DNA of 64,000 nt from Octopus vulgaris (Eukaryota). The notes under the pieces were generated by a model. It was not told the origin of the DNA and made no database searches. It saw only the letters and a list, made by a program, of their open reading frames with translations. A program made the position numbers and the translations under genes. Shown here piece by piece: positions 44,144 to 55,751 of the stretch; position 1 is the stretch's first letter, and each line of letters starts with the position of its first letter. The stretch lies in assembly GCA_951406725.2 (NCBI GenBank), contig OX597831.1, positions 24,552,001 to 24,616,000 of the forward strand. Reading direction: 5' to 3'.

Positions 44144-45039
44144 AATTGTTTTTAATCTTGGCACAAGGCCTGAACTTTTGTGGGAGGTAGTTTAGTCAAT
44201 TACATCGACCCCAGTACTTGACTGGTACCTTATTTAATCAACACCCAAAGTACCAGATGCTGGATTTGAACTCTCAGAACATGGAGATACGAAAATAAAT
44301 ACTGCAAGCCATTGGGCCCATTGTTCTACTGACTATGCTTCCTCACAATCCATTATTAATAATAAGTGCAATCCATTATTAATAATAATGGAATGCACTT
44401 TAGGCACCACACTAGAAGTTTTAGTTAAGAGCTCTAGGTAATTAAAGTGACTTTAGTACTCGACAGCTACTTTATTTTATTGACATCAGAGGAACAGAGA
44501 GAAGATGAACCCCAGTGAGAACTGAACTCCAAATGTGAAGGAATGTAGCAAAATACTGCAAGATATTAAGTTTATGGTTCCAGGGCTTCTATAATACAAC
44601 ACATTCAATTATAAGTAAATTAATAATAATTAAGGTAACACAGAAGGAAAACAAATTTCATGTATATCTGATGTGTTACTAAATCTGGTATAAATTCGTG
44701 TTTTTTGGTTTTTGTACCTTTAAGTTCAATACAGTGAACTCCAGCTGTTTTGTTTGCAGAGAACTAATAAGAAGTAAATTTTTCTGAGAAAAGTTCTATG
44801 ACAAACTTCTACTCTCTCCGCTGGAGTCATTATCTTTTATCATTGTAACAGGATGGATACTAGAGTTATGTGCCGGTTTTGTAATCTCATGTGGTGCATG
44901 GAAAGACTAACATTTTTCACCAAGTCAATGTCAGCCTATTGTCAACATCATCGACAGAATTAACTCAAACTTATATCCAAGTAGTTAATCTGTATTGAGT
45001 GATTTAGCCTCTTCATCCTCAGGAGTAAAAGCCTATTGT

Positions 45040-45093
<54 letters not shown>

Positions 45094-45569
45094 CATATGT
45101 ATATATATACATATGTATATATATACATATATATAGAAAAGAAGAAATGGGATTAAAAATCCTGGTGGATATCATTTAAGCACTTGGTGTAAAGGAATAA
45201 GGTTAAATTTCCAACAAGCAGATAATGTAAGTAGATAACCATTCCCAGGTATATGTGTATATATATATATTTTTATCTATAAATATATATACACATTTAA
45301 AAATAAATATTTATAAATATATATATATATATATAAATATTTATATGTATATATATAAGTATTTATATATAAATAAATATTATATATGTATGTATATATA
45401 TATATACATATATATATATATCATATATATATTACAGAGATGTACTTGCATAGCAAGTAACCTGACCTTAGATCATGTGCTGTAACAAAAACAGTTGCAG
45501 TGTTCAAGGTGTTTATAAGCCATTTAAAATCACAAAAACCATTAGATTCACTTCAACATTTAAATAAAA

Positions 45570-45620
45570 TTTGCCAAAATATTTTCATCACTTTGAGACC
45601 GCAACCTGTTCACTAACAAA
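45570..45620 (-). ncRNA. Minimal type-I hammerhead with G3:C8 compensatory core
   Basis: tttgtta-GTGAACA-g-gttgc..gtgat-GAAA-atat-TT-tggcaaa; 7-bp stem I (2 G-U), wobble-rich stem II, palindromic stem III. Confidence 0.55.
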
Positions 45621-45668
45621 ATTCCATACTGCATCTGACAACAATTGTTTATGATTATATATATATAC

Positions 45669-45808
45669 TTATTTACATTATTTACATTTGATGTATATTT
45701 GTCCTCATCTTGTTTGTTGTTAACACAACTTTTCAGCTGATATACCACCACTCCAGGTGTCTTGGGAAAATTTCGAACCTGAGTTCTCATTCCTAAGGTA
45801 TTTTTCGA

Positions 45809-45856
<48 letters not shown>

Positions 45857-46067
45857 ATTTATTATAGTAATAATAATAATAAAGATAATGATAATAGTAG
45901 TAATAATGATAATAATATCAAAAAATACCTTAGGAATGAGAACCCAGGTTCGAAATTTCCTCAAAATACCTGATGAAGGCTGGGGTGGTGGTATATCAGC
46001 TGAAAAGTTGTGTTAACAACAAACAAGATGAAGACAAATATCTGTCAAATGTAAATAATGTAAATAA
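45669..46067. mobile_element. Inverted pair of Penelope-like pLTR fragments (~150-bp arms) around a (TTA)n/(TAA)n spacer
   Basis: 45669-45815 is the reverse complement of ~45912-46067; the left arm has a deletion in the hammerhead core. Confidence 0.75.
45965..46014 (+). ncRNA. Minimal type-I hammerhead motif
   Basis: aatac-CTGATGA-a-ggctg..cagct-GAAA-ag-TT-gtgtt. Confidence 0.6.
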
Positions 46068-46290
46068 TTCCTCATCTCTTAAATATAGAACTGTCATATA
46101 TATATATATATATACACACAAATATTCAAATGATGCTTGCTTCCCAACCACATGGTTCCATGTTCAATCCCACTGCATAGCACTTTGGTCAAGTGTCTTC
46201 TACTATAACCAAGGGCTGACTAAAACCTTGAGTGGCTTTGGCAAATAGAAACTGAAAGAAGCCCATCATATGTGTGTGTGTGTGTGTGTG

Positions 46291-47024
46291 TATCCACATA
46301 CAGAAACACATACGTGTGTACATATATATTTGTGTATAGTTTGTTTATGAAATAGGTCAAAGATGAAGGCACCAATAGACACTTGCTTTTGATAGAATAG
46401 TTTTAAGTTTGATGATAAATAGTGTTTTTTCAACACTAGCAAACTGCAGATTATAGCAAATCTAGGCATCACAGAATCTATATCAAACAATGATAACCTT
46501 TCCCATTTCATACACTGATGGTCATAATACATCCATCAATCTCTGTTTAGAAAACACTGGATGTAACTTATGAATTGGGTGGTTTGATCTCCAGTTACCT
46601 CGTATATCAATTAAGATGGATTTATCTCAAGTATTAATGACAAATTGTACATTGCCAGGGGAGAAGCACGTGTGTCTCTTTTCATGGTTATCATAGCATT
46701 CATTGGTTGAAAATCAGCTGTTGTTAGCGCTTAGCCCCAGGTTGGCCCTGTTTGAGTAACCCTATCATCGAAGGAGTAAAAAAGGAGAGAATATGTTTTA
46801 AACATAATCTGAAGCTGCATCTCTATACATAGCTATTCATACGCATACACACACACACATAAAACTCAACACTGCATTACTGAAAGCATCATGGATGTAC
46901 GACATGCCTATGAGTTTTTTTTTAAATAATATAGATATGAGATAACCTGTTATAAAGTACATGTAACTCCAATCATCTATGATAGTGACACTTTCTTTCA
47001 TTTGTTAATAAATGTGTATGTATG

Positions 47025-47028
<4 letters not shown>
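46291..47028 (+). repeat. Left arm of a ~730-bp inverted duplication
   Basis: Reverse complement of 52221-52943 with scattered substitutions; paired ORFs 46266-46532(-) and 52702-52926(+) are near-identical. Confidence 0.95.
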
Positions 47029-47080
<52 letters not shown>

Positions 47081-47205
47081 CATATATATATATATTTCGA
47101 AATGGTCATATTGCCAGTTTAGCCAATAAAAACACACGCACTATATATTTGGTGTTATTTTGCTTCAGTGTTATTTATTTTTTACATTAATCTTAATCTT
47201 ATTTC

Positions 47206-47250
47206 GGCCAGAGTTCTTTCGTCACACTCCTGTGACCGCATCAGTGGTCC
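47206..47250 (-). ncRNA. Minimal type-I hammerhead, A9C variant
   Basis: ggacca-CTGATGC-g-GTCACA ggag TGTGAC-GAAA-gaac-TC-tggcc. Confidence 0.55.
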
Positions 47251-47314
47251 TTTGTTTTCTTCTTTCTTATTTGTGTCTCTCCTTACTAAAATCTTGCACA
47301 ACAAATATTTAAAC

Positions 47315-47359
<45 letters not shown>

Positions 47360-47362
<3 letters not shown>

Positions 47363-47540
47363 ATAGCTAGCCACTACACATTGTTTATTTTCTCTCCATG
47401 TCTCTTTCTGTATTCCTTTCTGTGGAAGCTCGAAACATTAAAGACATTTTCACTTCCCGGGCTTTAAACTAATACATGTGTTTGTTGTCTACACTACCTG
47501 TCTTCATCTTTTGGGTTTTTGTTTGTGAAATATTCTCCTA
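47360..47540 (+). mobile_element. Penelope-like pLTR fragment, hammerhead partly deleted
   Basis: Reverse-complement homolog of 7127-7290 and 56060-56232. Confidence 0.6.
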
Positions 47541-47608
47541 TATATATATATATATATATAGATAAATGAAAGAATGGAGTTGAATGACGATTTAACAAAA
47601 TTCCTTTA

Positions 47609-47690
47609 TTCTCGACATATGTTTCGAAGACTGCATATTCTTAATTCCGAAGGAATAAAGGGTGCATTATGCCGTCTTCTCATCAGGAAA
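47609..47690 (-). ncRNA. Type-I hammerhead ribozyme with canonical core
   Basis: tttc-CTGATGA-GAAGACgGCATA...TATGCaGTCTTC-GAAAC-atat-GTC-gaga; predicted cleavage between 47614 and 47613. Confidence 0.75.
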
Positions 47691-47795
47691 GACATATATA
47701 TATATATATATATGCATTAAATGTTTATGAATTCCATTCAAGAATTATCATCATCATTATTATTATATCCCACATTTTATCAGTACAGTTCAATG

Positions 47796-47910
47796 CAACC
47801 CCAAAAAACTGTTTTACCAGTCAGCATCATTAGACTGTGGCCGGTATAAAGGAACAAGAGCTTTATTTGCATATTCAAAACGTTTCCTGTTATCAAATTT
47901 AAAAGATATG
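47796..47910 (-). repeat. Inverted copy of the 20826-20941 repeat
   Basis: Sequence similarity. Confidence 0.7.
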
Positions 47911-47912
47911 CA

Positions 47913-48082
47913 CATAGTGGCTGTGTGGTAAGTAGCTTGCTAACCAACCACATGGCTCCGGGTTCAGTCCCACTGCGTGGCATCTTGGGCAAGTGTCTTC
48001 TGCTATAGCCCCGGGCCAACCAATCCCTTGTGAGTGGATTTGGTAGACGGAAACTGAAAGATGCCTGTCGTATATATGTATG

Positions 48083-48115
<33 letters not shown>

Positions 48116-48323
48116 TTGTGTGTCTGTGTTTGTCCTCCTAGCATTGCTTGACAACCGATGCTGGTGTGTTTATGTCCCCGTCACTTAGCAGTTCGGCAAA
48201 AGAGACCAATAGAATAAGTACTGGGCTTACAAAGAATAAGTCCCGGGGTCGATTTGCTCGACTAAAGGCGGTGCTCCAGCATGGCCGCAGTCAAATGACT
48301 GAAACAAGTAAAAGAGTAAAAGA
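47913..48323 (+). mobile_element. SINE family A, young subfamily
   Basis: Shares cttgctaaccaac / tgctatagcccc diagnostics with 34578 and 51763 copies. Confidence 0.9.
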
Positions 48324-48663
48324 ATATATATGTATATGGCATCATTGCTTCGTGAGATGTGTGTATAGGAGAGAGATGTAATGATATGATAGCATACCAT
48401 CTGGTTGTTTAAAATATTTATTATTTCTTACACATACCACATGTAAAAATTCTTTTCCACTGATGAGCTTAAAATACCACTGGAGTGGTTACATGTTTGT
48501 TACAACACTGTCCCCAGAAAAATCACAGTTCTTACCTGTTATCTATTGGAAGGCAGAGCAGCATTAGACTTCTAGGTACGAAAATCAACATCACACCACC
48601 ACTCCTAGTAGATTTAGTTACATATCAAAAATATCGGTGATTGGAGACCAGGTAGGGTATAGT

Positions 48664-48892
48664 AGGCGAGCTAGCAGAATCGTTAGCACGTCAGGCAAAA
48701 TGCTTAGCGGTATTTCGACTGCCGTTACGTTGTGAGTTCAAATTCCGCCGAGGTCGACTTTGCCTTTCATCCTTTCGGGGTCGATAAATTAAGTACCAGT
48801 TAAGCACTGGGGTCGATATAATCGACTTAATACCTATGTCTGTCCATGTTTGTCCCCTCTATGTTCAGCCCCTTGTGGGTAATAAAGAAATA
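48664..48892 (+). mobile_element. SINE family B monomer
   Basis: 10-bp TSD ggtatagtag (48656-48665 / 48893-48902). Confidence 0.9.
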
Positions 48893-49792
48893 GGTATAGT
48901 AGAGAATATTGTAAATATGGTAGAAAAGTAATCAATGATAGGTATGATTTGGTGTGTGGATGCTGATTGACAATACAAGAGAGTGAGGGGTAGCAGAGTA
49001 GAGAGATGATATGTGGCTGGTTTGCAAGAATTTGAGTGATGCAGGGGGGGCTGAAAGGAATGTGAGTGGAGAGACAGGCATAATTCATAAAGGGAGAGAT
49101 GCATGGTGATATGGGTGAATGCACAAGAAATGGTTCAATGGAAAGGGTGAGAGAGAGAATTCGGTAGCATAGAATGATAAAATGATCAAAGTAAAATATG
49201 AATGGAGCAGGACGAGGTGAGAATTCAGGATGCAAGTCAACTGCAGAGATTCCAGGAAGTAACAAAGATAATTGTTATCATCGAAAATACATGTGTGTTT
49301 ATACATCTATTTACACATATATGTATGTATATATGTGTGCATACGTATATTCATATATGTGCATATATAAATATATGCATATTCATATATATATAATTGT
49401 ATATGTTTATGTATGCATATATTCATAAATATATGAATATACATGTGTGTGTATATATATGTATATGCATGTATATAATATCAATAATAGCTTATATATA
49501 TATATGCGAATATGTGTGTGCATGTATGCATATAGATGTGCATGTGTGTATATATATATATATGGATATAAATTTATGCATGTATATATATATACCTATA
49601 TATATGTGTATGTATATATATTTATATATGTATACATATATATGTGTGTATTCATATATGTATATTATATATATGTATACACACACTTATGTATACAGCC
49701 ACTCTTGTACCTATATATGTATATACATATGAGTGTATAAATATGCATATATATGTGTGCATATATATGTATGCATATATATATATGTGTGC

Positions 49793-49855
<63 letters not shown>

Positions 49856-50680
49856 AAGACAGAGATTTTTTTTTGTTCTGCATATACATATACTGAGATA
49901 CAATCACAGTCAAATAGGTAAGTTTAATTCACAGTCACCATGTACTTGGTTTTATCCTACTGTATGGTGTCTTCTTGAGCAAGTGTCTTTTCCCATAACT
50001 TCTGCTATTCTAATCCTTAAGAGGAAAACTGGTGGCCAGAAATTATGAGGAAGTTTGTTAAATGATTTATTCCTCAGATTCAAAAGTTTATCTTCATCAC
50101 ATTGCATCTCACTGATTCAGACTGAGAATTATATTAATGGTACCTTTTGGGGTACTCAGCCAATTAAATCTTTATTTAATGAGTAGGTACTTTATTAAAT
50201 CAGCTGGTCAGAATTGTATTGTGACGATGATTATAATGATGTGTGTGTGTATATACATACATATATATATATATAATTATCGTAAGTTCAATCCTTCACC
50301 ATATATGCATTGTAAAATTTCACTAAAATTATCCAACAGAAATCACCCACCCCAGTTATCTTCTCATTGTGAGATGTCCTGGAAGTGTTTCGTCAACTTT
50401 CTAGGAACTGAGACAAACTTTATCCATTTGGATGCTGAACCTTTTCAGTAACTAGGTTATTTATAGAAAGATAGTATATTTTATAATAGCAAATATTTGA
50501 CTTAATGTATTTTTATCATCATCTGTCGTTTCCTTGTTATTCCATAGATATACGTTACCCACAACAATATCATCTTACTCGTGATTCATGTGCACTACTA
50601 GATTAAGATGTTGTTGGATATTTAAAAGCTAAGGCTGCTACTGTAGGCTAATCTAATGTGGTCAATATTTTCTTACACGT

Positions 50681-50885
50681 AAGGCAGCAACCTGGCAGAA
50701 GCGTTAGCACGCCGGGTAAAATGTTTAGCAGTATTTTATCTGTCTTTACATTCAGAGTTCAAATTTGACTTTGCCTTTCATCCTTTTGAGGTTAATAAAT
50801 TAAGTACTAGTTGTGTACTAGGGTCGATCTAATTGACTGGCCCCCCTCCCCCAAAATTTCAGACCTTGTGCTGAGAGTAGAAAAG
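50681..50885 (+). mobile_element. SINE family B variant with an alternative 3' tail
   Basis: B head and body; tail ggccccctccccaaaatttcagaccttgtg; degenerate TSD aa(t/c)attttctta(c/t)ac. Confidence 0.8.
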
Positions 50886-51505
50886 AACATTTTCTTATAC
50901 ATGAGAGGATGAGCCCATTTGTTATTAAATGAATAAAAAATATCTTGTGATATTTATTTTTGACTCTTTACATTATGACTTCAAATTCTACAAATATCAA
51001 AATGTACCTGTCACTCTTCTGGTGGATAGAGTTAATTAAGAGTCAAATGTAAGAGTTTGTCTAATCAATTATAGCCCTACTCTAAAGCTACTTTAAAATG
51101 TATGGCCTTGTGCCTAGACATTGGCATTTGTTTATGTGTTGGAATGTGTGTATTCCCTCTATTCTATTCAAGGAGGCACAAGCACTTACACAAACACACA
51201 CACACGGCAGAACTTCCGCTTACCAAATCTACTCACAAGCCTTCAGGCAGACTGAGACTATAGCAGAAGACACTTGCCCAAGGTGTCATGCTTTGAGACT
51301 GAACCTGAAGCATTGCGCTGGAGAAGCAAGCTTCTGAACCACACAGCCATGCCTATATATATATATATATATATATATTCTTTTATTCTTTTGCTGGTTT
51401 CAGTCATTTGACTGCAGCCATACTGGAGAATGGCCTTTTGTCGAGCAAATCGACCCCAGGACTTATTCTTTGTAAGTCTAGTACTTGAATAAATATGCCT
51501 TGTCT

Positions 51506-51549
<44 letters not shown>

Positions 51550-51762
51550 TAGTTGAATGAATTATCCTAGTATGGATAATTCAGTTAACCGATACCCGGG
51601 TAGCAAATTCACGTCAGAAAACACGGTTGAAGCCACATGCCAAGGGCAGAGATCACGTGCTTTCGTGTGGAAATTTGTGTGTTTTTTTTACTATAAATAA
51701 ATGAAAGAATGGAGTCGAAGTTAAATCGTCGTTCGACTCCATTCTTTCACTTATTTTTATAT

Positions 51763-52182
51763 TACTCTTTTACTCTTTACTCTTTTACTTGTTTCAGTCA
51801 TTTGACTGCGGCCATGCTGGAGCACCACCTTTAGTCGAGCAAATCGACCCCGGGACTTATTCTTTGTAAGCCCAGTACTTATTCTATCGGTCTCTTTTGC
51901 CGAACCGCTAAGTGATGGGGACGTAAACACACCAGCATCGGTTGTCAAGCAATGCTAAGGGGACAAACACAGACACACAAACATATACACACACACTTAT
52001 ATATATATATATACATATATACGACAGGTTTCTTTCAGTTTCCGTCTACCAAATCCACTCACAAGGCATTGGTCAGCCCGGGGCTATAGCAGAAGACACT
52101 TGCCCAAGATGCCACGCAGTGGGACTGAACCCGGAACCATGTGGTTGGTTAGCAAGCTACTTACCACACAGCCACTCCTGCG

Positions 52183-52185
<3 letters not shown>
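51763..52185 (-). mobile_element. SINE family A, full length, young subfamily
   Basis: Complete reverse complement. Confidence 0.9.
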
Positions 52186-52220
<35 letters not shown>

Positions 52221-52223
<3 letters not shown>

Positions 52224-52940
52224 GCATACATTTATGAACAAATGAAAGTGTCACTATTATAGATGATTGGAGTTACATGTACTTTATAATAGGTTATCTC
52301 ATATCCATATCATTTAAAAAGCTCATAGGCATGTCGTACAGCCATGAAGCTTTCAGTAATGCGGTGTTGAGTCTTATGTGTGTGTATGTGTATGTGTATG
52401 AATAGCTGTGTATAGAGATGTAGCTTCAGACTATGTTTAAAACATATTCTCTCCTCTTTTACTCTTTTGATGATAGGGTTACTCAAACAGGGCCAACCTG
52501 GGGCTAAGCGCTAACAACAGCTGATCTTCAAGCAATACTATGATAACCATGAAAAGAGATACACGTGCTTCTCACCTGGCAATGTACAATTTGTCATTAA
52601 TACTTGAGATAAATCCATCTTAATTGATATACGAGGTAACTGGAGATCAAACCAACCAATTCATAAGTTACATCCAGTGTTTTCTAAACAGAGATTGATG
52701 GATGTATTATGACCATCAGTGTATGAAATGGAAAAGGTTATCATTGTTTGATATAGATTCTGTGATAGCTAGATTTGCTATAATCTGCAGTTTGCTAGTG
52801 TTGAAAAAACACTATTTATCAGCAAACTTAAAACTATTCTATCAAAAGCAAGTGTCTATTGGTGCCTTTATCCTTGAACTATTTCATAAACAAACTATAC
52901 ACAAATATATATGTACACACGTGTGAGTTTCTGTATGTGG

Positions 52941-52943
<3 letters not shown>
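52221..52943 (-). repeat. Right arm of the inverted duplication
   Basis: Reverse complement of 46291-47028. Confidence 0.95.
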
Positions 52944-52972
<29 letters not shown>

Positions 52973-52983
52973 GTGTGTGTATG

Positions 52984-53035
<52 letters not shown>

Positions 53036-53110
53036 CATATATGTAGTAAATAAATGCACATATATTTGTACAAATGTATATGTGTATGTATGTATATTTA
53101 TATATGTTTC

Positions 53111-53150
<40 letters not shown>

Positions 53151-53152
<2 letters not shown>

Positions 53153-53274
53153 AACAGAGGACCAATTAAGAAATTAGGGGTGTGTAGCTGTACATGGATA
53201 TATATATGTATGTGTGTGTGTGTGTGTGTGTGTGTAGCTACACACCCCTAATTTCTTAATTAGTCCTCTGTTTA
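53151..53274. repeat. Inverted repeat, 39-bp arms (38/39), 46-bp spacer
   Basis: taaacagaggaccaattaagaaattaggggtgtgtagct / agctacacacccctaatttcttaattagtcctctgttta. Confidence 0.9.
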
Positions 53275-53745
53275 ATTCTGGTTTAAAAATCCGAAATGAT
53301 ATGCATGGACTCACACACCAAAATAAAACAACAAATATGCCCCAGCACTGAGATGAGCAATACTTACAACAATAATCTACAGTTCTTCTCTTATCTTATA
53401 AGCAATCTTGATGACTTTACAAGCTTTTTGTTCTTCTCCACTGACTTCAGCAACTACAGTGATCTACGAAAATACATACTTAAACCACACACATATATGT
53501 GACTATATATAGATATATAAGTAAATCCCCCGTCTCTGTTCTGTGTGTGTGTGTGATTGTCTGTCCAAGTACTTTTGTGTACAGCCGTATGTGTGTGTAT
53601 ATATATATATATATATGTGTGTATGAGTGTGTGCACAAATATATATATATATATGTGTGTGTGTGTTTGTGTGTGTGTATATATTAAATAAAATGAGACA
53701 GCAAAGCCAAGTCAATGTGAAGTTTCTAGGACATTTATAAAGAGA

Positions 53746-53805
53746 CATGTCGTCTTACAGCTGTTTCAGGGATATAAGGGATATACCTTCATCAGAGACG
53801 ATATG
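53746..53805 (-). ncRNA. Type-I hammerhead ribozyme with canonical core
   Basis: catatcgtct-CTGATGA-aggtatat ccctt atatccct-GAAAC-agct-GTA-agacgacatg; stem I 9/10 bp; predicted cleavage between 53756 and 53755. Confidence 0.75.
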
Positions 53806-54160
53806 AGAGAGTTAAATAGAAGAAAATAGTAGAGTTCAGTATAAGAAGATATTTTGGAAAGAGAGAGACATAGGAAGTGTAAAGAGGAATAAGAGAATAA
53901 AAATAAAACTTTATGCTAAATGTTACAGTTGCAGTTCCATTATCCAAGGAAACTATATATATATATATATGAACGAGTTGCAGGTCTACCCTTATGTCTC
54001 CCTTATAATTCTACTCTAAGCACATGCCTTTGTTTGCCTACTTTTTTCTGTCTTGATATAGACTTTCCATAGCCATCAACATAGACATTCTCACTTCTTA
54101 CGCCTGTATGTTCTGAAAATATAAATCTCCCAAATAAAGTGCACTTCATATTCAAGGCTC

Positions 54161-54229
54161 TGGCTCTGATGAAGCTGTAGGATGTTATCCTGGTATTCCA
54201 CATTTAATGGCAGAAACAGCTGTAAGCTA
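54161..54229 (+). ncRNA. Type-I hammerhead ribozyme with canonical core
   Basis: tggct-CTGATGA-a-gctgt...atggc-a-GAAAC-agct-GTA-agcta. Confidence 0.65.
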
Positions 54230-54444
54230 ATGATGTTCATTACATAACTTTTTTTTTCCTGGTGCCATCAGTTTGTTTCTGTTGCCACTTTATACTCATA
54301 TAACATTGTGTTTTGGACCATACATGTATTGAGTTCTACACTAGATAGTTGGTCTCAGTATGCCTACCTGAAATATTTATACACACACACATACACATGT
54401 ATATATGAGAGTATCTCTGTCTCTTTCATTCTTTTGACATACAT

Positions 54445-54746
54445 TGTTTGTTCCTTCTCGAGCCTCGTCTGGCTCATAAGGGCCAGTTTCCCAGTTTCCT
54501 TGGTGTATAGGTTCCCCACCTGGACGGAATGCTGGTCCGTCGCAGGTGAGCTGCAAGACGCAGGAGGAAAGAGTGAGAGAAAGTTGTGGCGAAAGAGTCA
54601 GCAGAAGTTCGCCATTACCTCTGCCGGAGCCGCATGGAGCTTAGGTGTTTCGCTCATAAACACACACATTGCCTGGTCTGAGATTCGAACCCATGATCCC
54701 TCGACCGCTAGTCTGCTGCTCTAACCACTAGGCCATGTGCCTCCTC
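54445..54746 (-). mobile_element. SINE family D (tRNA-derived; tail shared with family C)
   Basis: Minus strand tggcctagtggttagagc...ggttcgaatctc; 12-bp TSD tttgacatacat (54433-54444 / 54747-54758). Confidence 0.85.
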
Positions 54747-55467
54747 TTTGACATACATACATACACATATATAAATAAGCATACAAAGACAAGCAAACGC
54801 ATACACATATTTATATTTACTCTATTGTGGCTGGTATCTCTTGCAATGCTACTTGAAGTTTCATGTAATATAAGCTTCTCCTATTCCTTATGGATGATGG
54901 TGCGTGTATTGAGTACTTCTTTCCTGCATTGTCTGAGCAAAGATCACGTATATTGTACTGAGAATCAATAAATATACCTACTCCGAATTCTGCAGCTGAT
55001 ACTTCTATGCTAGTTCTGCTCATGCACGTGCAGTATCTCAGCATTCATCGACATTGTATGAACACAAATATGTGTTGTATGTTATTTCACTCTGTGTATA
55101 TTCAATTTTTTCCTGTCATGTTTACTCATTCATATCTGCCTGCTGATATATATACGTACATACTTGTGAGTAACTGTGTGCATGCATATGTGTGTAAATA
55201 CAGAATACGAGCTCTGTATTGTATGGCTTTCTTCGTGTTTTTTTAAATTTATTTTTTATATATTTATGTATTTATAAACATAGAAGCAAATAATATATTG
55301 CACGAATGCAGGTATCTTAAGATTTGAAAGCCTCTCAAAATTAGAGATTCTGGATTTATGTGTGTGTGTGTGCATATGTCTGTGTGTGAAAGTGTGTGAA
55401 AGTGTGTGTGTGTGTGTGTGCATTATGTGTCTGATGTGCTAATGAGTCTACCAACTAGTCTACAGTT

Positions 55468-55538
<71 letters not shown>

Positions 55539-55702
55539 ATATACATACAAGTATATATATATATATATATATATGATAATGCTTTTTTTACAGTGGAACT
55601 CAAAATAGATAAAGCAGTAAATTATAGTTTGTAAATATCAGGTTAAAACTATATGTATATATGTTTGTTTGTATGTATCTATCTACCTATCTTTCTATAT
55701 AC

Positions 55703-55751
<49 letters not shown>

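Noticed and set aside
46266-46532. Paired ORFs MYYDHQCMKW... (also 52702-52926)
   Set aside because: Similarity is explained by the inverted duplication; both run into microsatellite.
48455-48485. tcca-CTGATGA...tgga
   Set aside because: No GAAA or stem II.
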